A DNA stretch of 64,000 bases from contig JAIPIC010000001.1 of NCBI GenBank assembly GCA_021734865.1, forward strand, positions 4,166 to 68,165. Direction: 5' to 3'. Of this stretch, positions 1 to 9,243 are shown in pieces. The notes under the pieces are model-generated. The model did no database searches, was not told the DNA's origin, and saw nothing but the letters and a program-made list of their open reading frames with translations. The stretch is from Candidatus Woesearchaeota archaeon (GTDB taxonomy: Archaea; Nanobdellota; Nanobdellia; Woesearchaeales; JAIPIC01). Each line of letters opens with the position of its first letter. The stretch's first letter is position 1. Both the position numbers and the translations under genes were made by a program.

Positions 1-22
1 CGTTCTCTATCTGATTTAACCC

Positions 23-634
23 TTACTCTTGCCATTGTATCCCTATTATTCGGTAAAGGAAAGCCTCTTTAAGAGCTGTAAGCTGGTTGGTGGTCTTGGC
101 TTTCATTAATATGCATCCCTCTGAAACAGTCACTTCTGGTTCTTCACCAATCTCAATGCTCAATACTGGAACAAACATCGAAGAGTTTGCACATGTTATT
201 ATTGTCGAGTTGGGGAATCTTGAATCCTCACTGGCGATTGCAGGTGGAGGAGCATAAATTGTCATCTGTTCGGTAAGAATCTCACTCATACTGAAACCAA
301 CTTCTGCAATATCCCTGATTTCAACGATTGATAGATTAGATGTGTCAAAAGTGATCTGGACCATGTTTGATGTTTTCATCCTGTCAACTGCATCATCACT
401 GATATTGTACTCTTGTACTTGTTCTGGCAAATACCTGAATGGTATCTTCATGTCGTCGAGAATCCAGAAATTGCCCTCTCTGAAAAAGGAAAAATTACCG
501 ATCTTCATCTTCTGCTGACTATCTGTGTACATAAAACCAACAATGCTGGTTATCATTATTAAAGCAATAAAAGCAGTAAAAAAAGTGGTCATAAGCTTTT
601 TTTTCTTATCAGAGCTTGTCTTTCTTCGTCTCAT
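23..634 (-). CDS. hypothetical membrane-anchored protein (203 aa)
   Basis: Complete ORF. It has a basic N-terminus (MRRRKTSSDKKKK) followed by one hydrophobic helix (FFTAFIALIMITSIVGF). No catalytic motifs were recognised. Confidence 0.45.
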   Translation of the reverse strand: MRRRKTSSDKKKKLMTTFFTAFIALIMITSIVGFMYTDSQQKMKIGNFSFFREGNFWILDDMKIPFRYLPEQVQEYNISDDAVDRMKTSNMVQITFDTSNLSIVEIRDIAEVGFSMSEILTEQMTIYAPPPAIASEDSRFPNSTIITCANSSMFVPVLSIEIGEEPEVTVSEGCILMKAKTTNQLTALKEAFLYRIIGIQWQE

Positions 635-696
635 AATAAAAAGATAAATTCAACGGTTTTTATGTTTTATGTAATATTATCTTAAAAATTAGTATC

Positions 697-2061
697 TTAA
701 TCATCCTTTTTTGGAACCCACAAAGTGGTCTTCATTGTGACATACTTTCCCAAGCCATCATGGAACTTATTCACATTTGATGTATAAACGTCTTCAGAAT
801 TAACATTCAACTTATAAGTAGTATCCTCTTCTTCATGGAATGAAACATCAGAAATAGAACCACAACATTCTACATTATGTGTTGAGTTGTATGGGACAAT
901 ATATCCTTTCTTTCGAGGCGTGACTGGATCAGCACATACGTCTCGAACAGTATCATCATAGAAATCACATCCATTTGCACCTTCACATGCTGCAACGCAG
1001 AAACCGTCAGAGTTGCTACTAGTACAATCGGCAAAACATACTGTTCCAGTTGGTTCCATTTCCATATTTATGACACGATTTACAGACAAATTTATATCAG
1101 GAACCACTTTTGATTCGTATCCTGCTCTTCTGAATATAATATTATAATACCCAATATCATCAAAACTTGCATTATTTATAAGGAACTCACCGTCAGAATT
1201 GGTGGTTACTTCAATCCTTGTTTCTGTGTTATTGTAATAAGCTTCTGTATCCCTCCAAATCTCAACTGATACATTGTTTAGGGGAGAAGTACTTGAGTAG
1301 ACTGTTCCAGACAGGGTTCTCTGGCAATCGGAGTCATTCTCATCTGTAAATCCATCACAATCATCGTCGACCCCATTAAAACAGTATGAAGGTAAAGATG
1401 GAACGAACCCTACTTCTGCTTCAGTAACGGGGTAGGAATTTTCATATACACAGTTCTCACAGCATAAATAGATTGGGAAATTAATTTCTCCAGGAATAGA
1501 AGCATGGCTGTTGAAATTCTGTTGGAGACCGATAACTTCTGTCTCCTCGCCAGTAAGATATGCAGTACTGCAGGGAGCTGACTGATAATGGCATGAAAAA
1601 CTTTCATCATATGATGTAACAGGAATACCCGCTTTGTCAGACAATGTGCGAGTCCATTTAATATTGACATCAGTTGGGAAATTAACCTGATCGTATAGTT
1701 CTATGTGACTGTTTTCTGAGTTAGCATCAAGATGGAACAAAGGTGTGGCATGTGGATCTGAAGCGTCAACAATCTCAAGACCAACTACATTTCCACAGCA
1801 CAATTTATAAGGATAAAGAACAGAATATATCGGTGTGTGTGAACTCAAAATCGTGTGAGCATCAGTATAACTAGTCATTTCAATTAAGCTAATCTCATAT
1901 AGATCGGTACAAGTTTCAGTGTTTGTTATATTGCATATTAAATGATTGATAGGGTTTTCAAGTGCCATAGAATAGACAACAGCAGATAAAACTATCGACA
2001 GGAATATTAGTAAGAAGACTCTGAGTAATGAATTTTTTTCATACGATGAGTGATTTATCAT
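697..2061 (-). CDS. secreted Cys-rich protein with a carboxypeptidase-regulatory-like (transthyretin-fold) domain and a NGxDDDCDGxxDE Cys-rich repeat
   Basis: N-terminal signal anchor (LLRVFLLIFLSIVLSAVVY). The segment NVSVEIWRDTE...TTNSDGEFLI...YNIIFRRAGYES resembles a CarboxypepD_reg-like Ig fold. CFNGVDDDCDGFTDENDSDC matches the core of the Cys-rich 'putative metal-binding' repeat family. Many paired Cys are present. Confidence 0.5.
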   Translation of the reverse strand: MINHSSYEKNSLLRVFLLIFLSIVLSAVVYSMALENPINHLICNITNTETCTDLYEISLIEMTSYTDAHTILSSHTPIYSVLYPYKLCCGNVVGLEIVDASDPHATPLFHLDANSENSHIELYDQVNFPTDVNIKWTRTLSDKAGIPVTSYDESFSCHYQSAPCSTAYLTGEETEVIGLQQNFNSHASIPGEINFPIYLCCENCVYENSYPVTEAEVGFVPSLPSYCFNGVDDDCDGFTDENDSDCQRTLSGTVYSSTSPLNNVSVEIWRDTEAYYNNTETRIEVTTNSDGEFLINNASFDDIGYYNIIFRRAGYESKVVPDINLSVNRVINMEMEPTGTVCFADCTSSNSDGFCVAACEGANGCDFYDDTVRDVCADPVTPRKKGYIVPYNSTHNVECCGSISDVSFHEEEDTTYKLNVNSEDVYTSNVNKFHDGLGKYVTMKTTLWVPKKDD

Positions 2062-2120
2062 GCAACTCCTCCTTTTTATTGTAATTTACCTTTACTTATA
2101 TATATAGTTTTTGAATCTCT

Positions 2121-2151
2121 GTTATTAAATAACAGAATGTTATAACAGAAT
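2121..2151. promoter_or_regulatory. two operator-like palindromes GTTAT-N-ATAAC (gttattaaataac and gttataac) about 13 nt apart in the divergent intergenic region
   Basis: Read directly from the sequence, where the direct repeat ataacagaat also occurs twice. The site lies between the divergent genes 697..2061(-) and 2339..2812(+). Confidence 0.3.
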
Positions 2152-2338
2152 CTTATAGCAAAAATTAATGGCTCAGGATTGGGAAAATACTAAATGAGCT
2201 GATAATAGGATTATTTAGGATTATTCTTCATGATTATTTTTTAGCCTACAAGTTTAAATATTTAACAATAGTCTTATATATCACCAGAGATTTAATATTT
2301 ACTGTACTTTCAGAATTTACTAAAAATAATAAAATATA

Positions 2339-2812
2339 ATGGACCCGATAACAAAAGATTTCAATGAAATGGTGCAAAAGATAGGGAATCCGGTCGGTGC
2401 AGATTCACTTGTAATGTCAATATATGCTATCTTATACCTTGCACCTGGACCGGTTGCTATGGAAGACCTGGCTAAAACAACAGGATACAGTCTTGCATCA
2501 GTTAGCAGTAAAACAAAGATGATGGAAACCATGGGTCTTATTGAAAGAAGGAATACACCTGGCACAAGAAAGCTGTATTATTACATGGAGAAAAATCTCA
2601 CTGAGATGTTCAAGAATTTCTTTATCAAAAAAGAGAAGACGCAGGTTGCAGTTGCAAAACAAATGCTTCCACCCATAATTAAAAAATATGAAAACGAAAA
2701 ATTATCAGATGAAGATAAGATTAAACTTAAAAATATGAAAGAATATTATAAGTGCATACTTAAATTTGAGAAAATCATACAGGAAATTGTCACGATGATT
2801 GACAAGCAATAA
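2339..2812 (+). CDS. winged-helix transcriptional regulator (MarR/PadR/ArsR-like), probably the regulator of the adjacent ABC cassette
   Basis: 157-aa protein. LAPGPVAMEDLAKTTGYSLASVSSKTKMMETMGLIERR reads as HTH plus wing, with a basic C-terminal helix. Its last 14 nt overlap the ABC ATPase start. Confidence 0.5.
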   Translation: MDPITKDFNEMVQKIGNPVGADSLVMSIYAILYLAPGPVAMEDLAKTTGYSLASVSSKTKMMETMGLIERRNTPGTRKLYYYMEKNLTEMFKNFFIKKEKTQVAVAKQMLPPIIKKYENEKLSDEDKIKLKNMKEYYKCILKFEKIIQEIVTMIDKQ

Positions 2813-3515
2813 GAAGATGAAAAAAGCCATAATAAAACTGGACAATGTTTGGAAGACATACACAATGGGCAATGTCAAGGTCCATGCTTTGAGGGGACTC
2901 AGTCTGACAATTAAGGATGGTGAGTTCGTATGCATATACGGTCCTTCAGGCAGTGGGAAGTCAACTGCGATGAATATGGTCGGTTGTCTTGATATTCCAT
3001 CTCAAGGAGATATCTTCCTCAAGGGAAAGAATATCGCTCACCTCTCAGAGTCTGACCTTGCACAGATCAGGGGAAAGACGATTGGATTCATTTTCCAGCA
3101 GTTCAATCTTATTAATACACTATCAGCTCTTGAGAATGTTATGCTTCCGATGGTCTTTCAAGGTTACAGTGAACAAGCAAGGCGTGCTCGGGCAATCAAA
3201 CTGCTCGACATGGTTGACTTGGCAAAGCGTATGGACCATAAGCCAACTGAACTCAGCGGTGGTCAGCAGCAAAGAGTTGCTATTGCTAGAAGTCTGTCAA
3301 ACAATCCTGAAGTGATACTGGCTGATGAGCCCACTGGTAACCTGGACTCAAAGACCGGGAACAAGATCATGGATTTCCTGAGAACCATGAATAAAAAGGA
3401 AAAGAAGACTATCATAATGGTCTCACATGACCAATCATTGGCAAAATATGCTGACCGGATCGAGTATCTTCGAGATGGAAGCATCATTGAAACCAAAAAC
3501 AATGGAAAAAGGTGA
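2799..3515 (+). CDS. ABC transporter ATP-binding protein, MacB/LolD family
   Basis: Walker A GPSGSGKST, Q-loop, ABC signature LSGGQQQRVAIARSL, Walker B ILADEPTGNLD and H-loop VSHD are all present. Confidence 0.92.
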   Translation: MTSNKKMKKAIIKLDNVWKTYTMGNVKVHALRGLSLTIKDGEFVCIYGPSGSGKSTAMNMVGCLDIPSQGDIFLKGKNIAHLSESDLAQIRGKTIGFIFQQFNLINTLSALENVMLPMVFQGYSEQARRARAIKLLDMVDLAKRMDHKPTELSGGQQQRVAIARSLSNNPEVILADEPTGNLDSKTGNKIMDFLRTMNKKEKKTIIMVSHDQSLAKYADRIEYLRDGSIIETKNNGKR

Positions 3516-3519
3516 TAAT

Positions 3520-4794
3520 ATGAAAAAAAAATTGATTGTGATATTGTTGCTTGCTGCAACAATCATTAGCATATTCGGATATACTGTACATGGCGATGGC
3601 ACTTTTGCAAATATTGAAAGTACGCTGCTAAGCCAGGATCCTGATCCGTGTGAACCTGGCAGTTTTGTCGAGGTGAGATACAAGATAGAGAATGTGGGCA
3701 ATTCAGTTGCCAAAGATGTTCAGTTTGTCCTTACACCTGAGTATCCGTTCAGTTTCTTCCCGGGTGAAACTGGTGCCAGAAAGTTGGGAGACCTATATAT
3801 GAGACAGATAGGAAATGATGCTTATGTCCTCTATTATCGTTTGAAGGTTGATTCTGATGCAACGGACGGAAGTTTCCCAATACGGATGAAATATTCTGTC
3901 AATGGGGGGAATTACATTAATCTTGAAGAAGATATGCTCAGAGTACGACCGACTAATGCTATCCTATATATCGAGAAGGTAGAACAGGAGCCAGAGATAT
4001 TCACTCCCGGTGACAAGTCAAAACTGAGTTTACGTTTGAAGAATACTGCTGGGACCTCCCTGAAGAACATCAAGGTGGTAATATCCAATGTCCAGGCAAC
4101 AGGAGCAGCTACTCCATCACCGCTTCCTATGTCACCTGTTGGTTCATCTAATGAGATGATCATTCCAAAGCTTGGTTCAAATCAAGTCACGAATGTGGTT
4201 TATGAGATGATTGTCGATCCGGATGCAGAATCAAAAATATACAAGGTTCCTATAACTTTGTCCTACAGTGACAACTTTGGCCACAATTATACTAAAGAAG
4301 AGGTTATCAGCATCGCTGTGCATGATAATCCGCAAATCTTTGTCAAACTGGATGACACAGACATCAAGATGAGCGGTCAGACAGGCAGTGTTAGTATCAA
4401 GGTAGTAAATAGGGGTCTTGAAGACATTAAGTTCGTGAGTGTGAAGCTGGATGATTCTGATGCATTCAAGAAGATCGGTACTGATGAGATATATTTAGGT
4501 AATATAGATTCTGACGACTACGAGACTGCTGACTTCAATATACAAGTCCAGGATACTGGAAAAGTAAGTCTTCCAATAGTTATTACCTATATGGATTCGC
4601 TAAATACAGAATACATGGATACGATCTCGCTTGATCTAAACACCTATAGTCAGGAAGAATTAGAGCAACTGGGGATCTCTCAACAAGGTAACTCCAACGG
4701 AATGATCATTGTTGTAGTAATTATTGTACTTGGCCTGGTTGTCTGGTGGTTCATGAAGCGCAAGAAGAACAACAAAGACAAGGAGATCGAATAA
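3520..4794 (+). CDS. COG1361/CARDB-like cell-surface protein of the ABC cassette (signal peptide, three Ig-like repeats, C-terminal TM anchor)
   Basis: The ORF track starts this gene at 3427, overlapping the ATPase by 89 nt. The ATG at 3520 has a GGTGA RBS 5 nt upstream and sits right after the ATPase stop, so it is the more likely start. The product begins MKKKLIVILLLAATIISIF (signal peptide), contains repeated P...V.V.N.G...A..V patterns (CARDB-like), and ends IIVVVIIVLGLVVWWFMKRKKNNK (TM plus basic tail). Confidence 0.65.
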   Translation: MKKKLIVILLLAATIISIFGYTVHGDGTFANIESTLLSQDPDPCEPGSFVEVRYKIENVGNSVAKDVQFVLTPEYPFSFFPGETGARKLGDLYMRQIGNDAYVLYYRLKVDSDATDGSFPIRMKYSVNGGNYINLEEDMLRVRPTNAILYIEKVEQEPEIFTPGDKSKLSLRLKNTAGTSLKNIKVVISNVQATGAATPSPLPMSPVGSSNEMIIPKLGSNQVTNVVYEMIVDPDAESKIYKVPITLSYSDNFGHNYTKEEVISIAVHDNPQIFVKLDDTDIKMSGQTGSVSIKVVNRGLEDIKFVSVKLDDSDAFKKIGTDEIYLGNIDSDDYETADFNIQVQDTGKVSLPIVITYMDSLNTEYMDTISLDLNTYSQEELEQLGISQQGNSNGMIIVVVIIVLGLVVWWFMKRKKNNKDKEIE

Positions 4795-4818
4795 GGAAGA
4801 ATAACTCTTCCTTTTTTT
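4795..4818 (+). terminator. hairpin ggaagaATAACTcttcc followed by T7 tract between the surface-protein gene and the first permease (possible intra-operon attenuator)
   Basis: Read directly from the sequence: a 5-bp stem, then a T-run, 4 nt before the ATG at 4822. Confidence 0.3.
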
Positions 4819-4821
4819 AAT

Positions 4822-6045
4822 ATGATACTGGAATACGTCCGGATGGCTGTCCGGAATCTGGGCGGTAGGAAGCTTAGATCATGGCTGACAATGCTTGGCA
4901 TATTCATCGGTATCGCTGCAGTGGTCTCTCTTGTTGGGATGGGAGAAGGGTTAAGGATAGCTATTACCTCCCAATTTGGTTTTGTCGGCTCAGATGTGCT
5001 GACAGTCACTGCTGAAGGGCTTGCGACTGCAGGTCCACCTGGCACAGGAGCACCAAATCCACTTTCTGATAACTTGGCTGCAAAGATTGAAAAAATACCC
5101 GGTGTCGAGGCTGCTATTAATAGATACTTGAAGTCCGGGACTCTTGAATTCAACAACAAGCAGGGCCTCGGTTTTGCTATGTCCGTTCCTGAAGGTGATA
5201 ACCGGAAGATTATGATGAAGATGCTCAACCTTGAGGCTGAGCAAGGCAGGCTGCTCAAGGATGGAGATGGACGGAAGGTCCTTCTTGGAAATTCGTACCT
5301 TGATAAAAGTCAGTTTGGCAAGCCCATATCGTCTGGTGACTATGTATACCTTAATAGTATAAAATACCAGGTCATAGGGATAATGAAAAAGAAAGGTAGT
5401 TTCCTGTTCGATCAGGCTGTGCTTGTTAATACCAAGCAGTTGCTTGCAGATTTCGGTGATGACGGCACTACTAATATCATCGCTGTCAAGGTGATTGATG
5501 AAAGCAGGATCGATAAGGTCAAGGAAGATGTGGAAAAGCTTCTTCGAAAAGAGAGGGACGTCAAGGTCGGCGAAGAGGATTTTTCGGTTTCAAGCCCAGA
5601 ACAGACTTTGGAGCAGATGAATTCAGTCTTGGGTGCTGTGCAGTGGTTCATCGTCATCCTTGCAAGCATATCCCTTGTGGTGGGAGGGATTGGCATAATG
5701 AATACTATGTATACATCTGTCCTCGAGCGGACTAAAGAGATAGGAATATTGAAGTCTATCGGTGCCAGGAACAGAGTCATCTTCCTGCTGTTTTTCCTAG
5801 AGTCAGGTTTTCTTGGCCTGGTTGGGGGAATAATCGGTGTAATTTTGGGAATCACACTTGCATACGGACTGGCATATCTTGGAAGAACATTGCTAGGCGC
5901 AGATCTGATTCAAGCAAGCGTCTCAATGGGATTAATATTTGGTTCGTTGAGCTTTTCATTTGTTATTGGCACTTTGGCAGGATTGCTTCCAGCATATCAG
6001 GCTTCAAGAAAGCATCCTGTTGATGCATTAAGGTTCATAAAATAA
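4822..6045 (+). CDS. ABC transporter permease, FtsX/MacB-type
   Basis: N-terminal TM (LTMLGIFIGIAAVVSLV), a large extracytoplasmic domain, and the C-terminal FtsX three-TM bundle (VLGAVQWFIVILASISLVVGGIGIMN ... RTKEIGILKSIGA). Confidence 0.85.
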   Translation: MILEYVRMAVRNLGGRKLRSWLTMLGIFIGIAAVVSLVGMGEGLRIAITSQFGFVGSDVLTVTAEGLATAGPPGTGAPNPLSDNLAAKIEKIPGVEAAINRYLKSGTLEFNNKQGLGFAMSVPEGDNRKIMMKMLNLEAEQGRLLKDGDGRKVLLGNSYLDKSQFGKPISSGDYVYLNSIKYQVIGIMKKKGSFLFDQAVLVNTKQLLADFGDDGTTNIIAVKVIDESRIDKVKEDVEKLLRKERDVKVGEEDFSVSSPEQTLEQMNSVLGAVQWFIVILASISLVVGGIGIMNTMYTSVLERTKEIGILKSIGARNRVIFLLFFLESGFLGLVGGIIGVILGITLAYGLAYLGRTLLGADLIQASVSMGLIFGSLSFSFVIGTLAGLLPAYQASRKHPVDALRFIK

Positions 6046-6057
6046 AAGGTCCATAAA

Positions 6058-7272
6058 ATGATGCAATATGATGAGATGAAATATTCGATAAAGAACATCT
6101 GGAGTCGGAAGACTAGAAGTTTTCTTACTTCTCTGTCTATCCTTATCGGTGTTATGTCTGTATTTGTAATTGTCAGTTTTGGTCTTGGACTCAACTATTA
6201 TGTTGACACGATAGCGGCTGAGGCTGGAGTTGACAAGCTGTATGTACAAGCAGCAGGCATAGGTGCTCCTGGAACTGACGATACATTTGCAATAACTGCA
6301 ACAGATATCAGTTTCATCAGTAAGATTAAGGGCGTAAACGAGTTTGCAGGAATGTACCTGAATATCGGGAAGATGGAGTCTGGGAATGATAAGCTATTTG
6401 CTTTCGTTGCCGGATTTGATATGGACAAGCAGGACTTCATCGATGAAGTGTTTACTGTTTCAGTCGAAAAAGGTAGAAATCTCAAGAGTGGAGAAGTAGG
6501 AAAGGTTATGCTCGGGTATAACTATCAGGTCAAGGACAAAGCTTTCAGCAAACCAGTAAAGCTGGGGGACAAGATTGATATTAATGATATGCCATTTGAG
6601 GTTGTTGGTTTCTATGAAGAAGTAGGCAATCCATCTGACGATGTGAATGTTTATATGACAGACAAGGCGTTTGAACTGCTTTTTCCAGATCACAAGGATA
6701 ATTATGGATATGTGATGTTGCAGGCCGATAAGAACGAGAATGTATCCGAACTGGCTGACAAGATTAGTGAGAAATTCAGAAAATTCCGTGGAGAAGAAGA
6801 AGGCAAGGAGACATTCCATGTGCAGACTTTCGAGGATGCTCTTGCTGTGTTCTCTTCTGTTACAAATATCATCGTGATAGTACTCGCATTGATCGCTGCC
6901 ATATCAATCTTTGTGGCAACCGTTAATATCATGAATACCATGTATACTGCAGTTCTTGAGAGAACAAAAGAGATTGGTACTATGAAAGCGGTTGGTGCAA
7001 GAAATAGCGAAATCATGTTCATGTTCATCTTTGAATCTGGTGTTATTGGCTTAATTGGCGGAATCATCGGAGTGATCTTTGGTTATCTGATCGCATCTGC
7101 AGGAGGAAGCCTTCTTGCACAACTGGGCTATTCAATGTTTGCACCAATCTTTCCATGGCAGTTGTATGCTGCATGTATAACTTTTGCATCTGTTATCGGA
7201 GCAGCAGCAGGTGTGCTTCCTGCGATGCAGGCTGCAAACCAAAAACCTGTCGACGCATTGAGATATGAATAA
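6058..7272 (+). CDS. ABC transporter permease, FtsX/MacB-type (second copy)
   Basis: Same architecture as the preceding gene (RTKEIGTMKAVGARN; three C-terminal TMs). It is a paralogous pair typical of MacB-like heterodimeric permeases. Confidence 0.85.
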   Translation: MMQYDEMKYSIKNIWSRKTRSFLTSLSILIGVMSVFVIVSFGLGLNYYVDTIAAEAGVDKLYVQAAGIGAPGTDDTFAITATDISFISKIKGVNEFAGMYLNIGKMESGNDKLFAFVAGFDMDKQDFIDEVFTVSVEKGRNLKSGEVGKVMLGYNYQVKDKAFSKPVKLGDKIDINDMPFEVVGFYEEVGNPSDDVNVYMTDKAFELLFPDHKDNYGYVMLQADKNENVSELADKISEKFRKFRGEEEGKETFHVQTFEDALAVFSSVTNIIVIVLALIAAISIFVATVNIMNTMYTAVLERTKEIGTMKAVGARNSEIMFMFIFESGVIGLIGGIIGVIFGYLIASAGGSLLAQLGYSMFAPIFPWQLYAACITFASVIGAAAGVLPAMQAANQKPVDALRYE

Positions 7273-7381
7273 AAAACACCTTGAGCAACAGACCACCACA
7301 CACTTCAAATGCCCACTGATTTGCCACTGACAGGTGGTTAAAATACGAATATTTATAAAGAAATATTGATTTCTGCATTGT

Positions 7382-8035
7382 ATGGATGAACTATTAGAAT
7401 ATTATTCAGTTCAGGGAGAACTGCTTGGATGCATGGAAAAGAAGAGGCTTCATCAGAAAATGCGAAGCGAATTCGCCAAAAACGGAGAAGTCAGTGTGAG
7501 ACATAAGGATGTCCGACTGATACTTATGACTTCAAATGGCAGGTTGATTCTTCAGCGAAGATCCAAATGGAAAGGTGACAATGCTGGCTTGTGGGACAAG
7601 ACTATCGGCGGCCATGTAAGAAAAGGAGATACTGCAGACATAACCATATTAAAGGAGTGCGCAGAAGAATTGGGAATTCCTACGACTGTTGTTGAAGAGA
7701 AGCATTTCAAAGATACTGTTGCTACAACAAATCTAAACATCCTTGGTGTCTTAACAAAGCTTGTTTATCTTGATAATTTTCATTCAAAGAGGACTCATAA
7801 GAATGAAAAATGGGTAGAAAAAAGCATGAGTCAATTCTATATTGGGTATTATGACGGTCCTATCAGATTCGTTGACAATGAATCATGCGGCATCCAGACT
7901 TTCACACTAGATGAGCTGGAAGATGATATGAAAAAATATCCAAGATTATTCACAAATGATATGAAATATATTCTTAAGTTCAAAGGAAAGATTATTCCTG
8001 CTCCTAGGAACATTCCAAAAGTTTTGAATGATTAA
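7382..8035 (+). CDS. Nudix-family hydrolase-like protein
   Basis: GHVRKGDTADITILKECAEELGI fits the Nudix box Gx5(E/D)x7(R/K)EUxEExGU. The upstream LILQRRSKWKGDNAGLWDKTIGGH matches the IDI/Nudix beta-strand pattern. There is no SD, and a TTTATAAAG TATA-like element lies about 30 nt upstream. Confidence 0.5.
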   Translation: MDELLEYYSVQGELLGCMEKKRLHQKMRSEFAKNGEVSVRHKDVRLILMTSNGRLILQRRSKWKGDNAGLWDKTIGGHVRKGDTADITILKECAEELGIPTTVVEEKHFKDTVATTNLNILGVLTKLVYLDNFHSKRTHKNEKWVEKSMSQFYIGYYDGPIRFVDNESCGIQTFTLDELEDDMKKYPRLFTNDMKYILKFKGKIIPAPRNIPKVLND

Positions 8036-8099
8036 TCATTATTTGTAAAGATTGGTAGGGTTATTATGCTAGTGAAGGAGGAATATTAATTTATCATAT

Positions 8100-9164
8100 C
8101 TAATTCATTCTCTTAAGATACATGTTGATCTTCTCGATTATTTTAGTCTTGAGGCTCTCTGGTAGATTCAGTTCAGATATATCTGCTGTCGCATCTATCT
8201 TCATCGGATGAGTCAGGTTGCTGCGATGACTCCGACCAGCTAACTTAAATTGTCTCTCAAGTTCAATTGCTTCTGGTCTGCCAAATAACTTCAGAGCAGG
8301 AAATTTGCTGACTGTATTTGCGCCTGAATTCAGGAGATATGCAACTTGGTTCACTTTGTCTGCCCAGATTCCACACTGGATTATAATTTTTGGGAAATCC
8401 AGACGGGTTTTTGATATCCACCATCCCTGATATTCTTGTGGGGGAGATTTGGTATTCTCATAAGCGGTTCCCTTTTGAGGATTGAGGGCATAATAATGGA
8501 TGACAGATATCTTAAATCTCTCAATAAATTCTTTCAATAAGTCATAATCCCCCTTGTTTTCACCTAGACCAAGAATGATCGTGACTGAAGTCTCAAGGCC
8601 ATGCTTTAGTGCCAGATCAAGAGTATTTTCTATGTCAGAGATTGGTTTTGACGGGCAGATCTCATCATGCAGAGATTGCCTTGGAGTTTCAAGAGCTCCC
8701 ACAATTCCTCTAAGATAAGGTTTAAACCTGGTTATCTGCCCCTCTGTGAGAGGGCCTGCGTTAAGCCAAATCCCTTGTTTGTGTATTATGTTAATAAGCT
8801 TGAGCAGGTTCTCAAGCTCGTCTTCATCAAATGCTTCATGACCGCCTGATAACTGGCCGAAATCCCAGCCAAACTTCCCAAGAAGATATACTTCAGCAAG
8901 GACCGATTCAATACGTCTTCTTGCCTCATGAGGTTTCTTATTTGATGGTTGTGTAGACATATAGCAGTATTTGCAATCTCTAATAGCACAGTACCAGCTA
9001 AAGAAGACTGCCCGCTCAAAGTTAGTCCTACATCCAAAATTTGAAAGATAAAGCTTTTCTGCCTTTTTCCTCTGTATTTCCAAATCCATGAATGAATGAG
9101 AATTTCGGTTCTTTTTAACAGTTATGAATTTAATGAGTCTTATTTGTCTGAGTTGGGTAGACAA
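8100..9164 (-). CDS. radical-SAM-like protein (non-canonical Cys cluster CAIRDCKYC)
   Basis: The Cys triad is Cx4Cx2C rather than CxxxCxxC. A Gly-rich LSGGHEAF segment follows, which is SAM-binding-like. The protein is about 354 aa and the true start may lie downstream. Confidence 0.4.
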   Translation of the reverse strand: MSTQLRQIRLIKFITVKKNRNSHSFMDLEIQRKKAEKLYLSNFGCRTNFERAVFFSWYCAIRDCKYCYMSTQPSNKKPHEARRRIESVLAEVYLLGKFGWDFGQLSGGHEAFDEDELENLLKLINIIHKQGIWLNAGPLTEGQITRFKPYLRGIVGALETPRQSLHDEICPSKPISDIENTLDLALKHGLETSVTIILGLGENKGDYDLLKEFIERFKISVIHYYALNPQKGTAYENTKSPPQEYQGWWISKTRLDFPKIIIQCGIWADKVNQVAYLLNSGANTVSKFPALKLFGRPEAIELERQFKLAGRSHRSNLTHPMKIDATADISELNLPESLKTKIIEKINMYLKRMN

Positions 9165-9243
9165 TTGCCTAAAAGATAATCATCACTCCTCGCCAGTAGC
9201 AAAAATGAAAACCTATTTAAAGAGATGATTATTGACTTAATTT

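Noticed and set aside
3427-3519. ORF-track start of the surface-protein gene at 3427, overlapping the ABC ATPase by 89 nt
   Set aside because: The in-frame ATG at 3520 has a GGTGA RBS 5 nt upstream and sits directly after the ATPase stop codon. The 31 aa upstream are not signal-peptide-like, whereas the MKKKLIVILLL... start is.
2799-7272. Idea that the MacB-type ABC cassette is the dedicated (T1SS-like) exporter of the giant protein
   Set aside because: FtsX/MacB permeases with an associated CARDB/COG1361 protein are not T1SS (no HlyB-type exporter, HlyD or TolC). The giant protein has its own N-terminal signal anchor and C-terminal TM helix, so Sec-type insertion is more likely. A gap of about 3.5 kb and opposite-strand genes separate the two loci.
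8667-9037. Plus and minus-strand ORFs 8667..8849(+) and 8786..9037(-) inside the radical-SAM-like gene, plus several similar ones inside the ABC and HD genes (e.g. 2989..3315, 3263..3562, 5412..5855, 6702..7067)
   Set aside because: They are overlapped by longer ORFs with clear family motifs. They have low-complexity or hydrophobic junk translations typical of AT-rich shadow frames.
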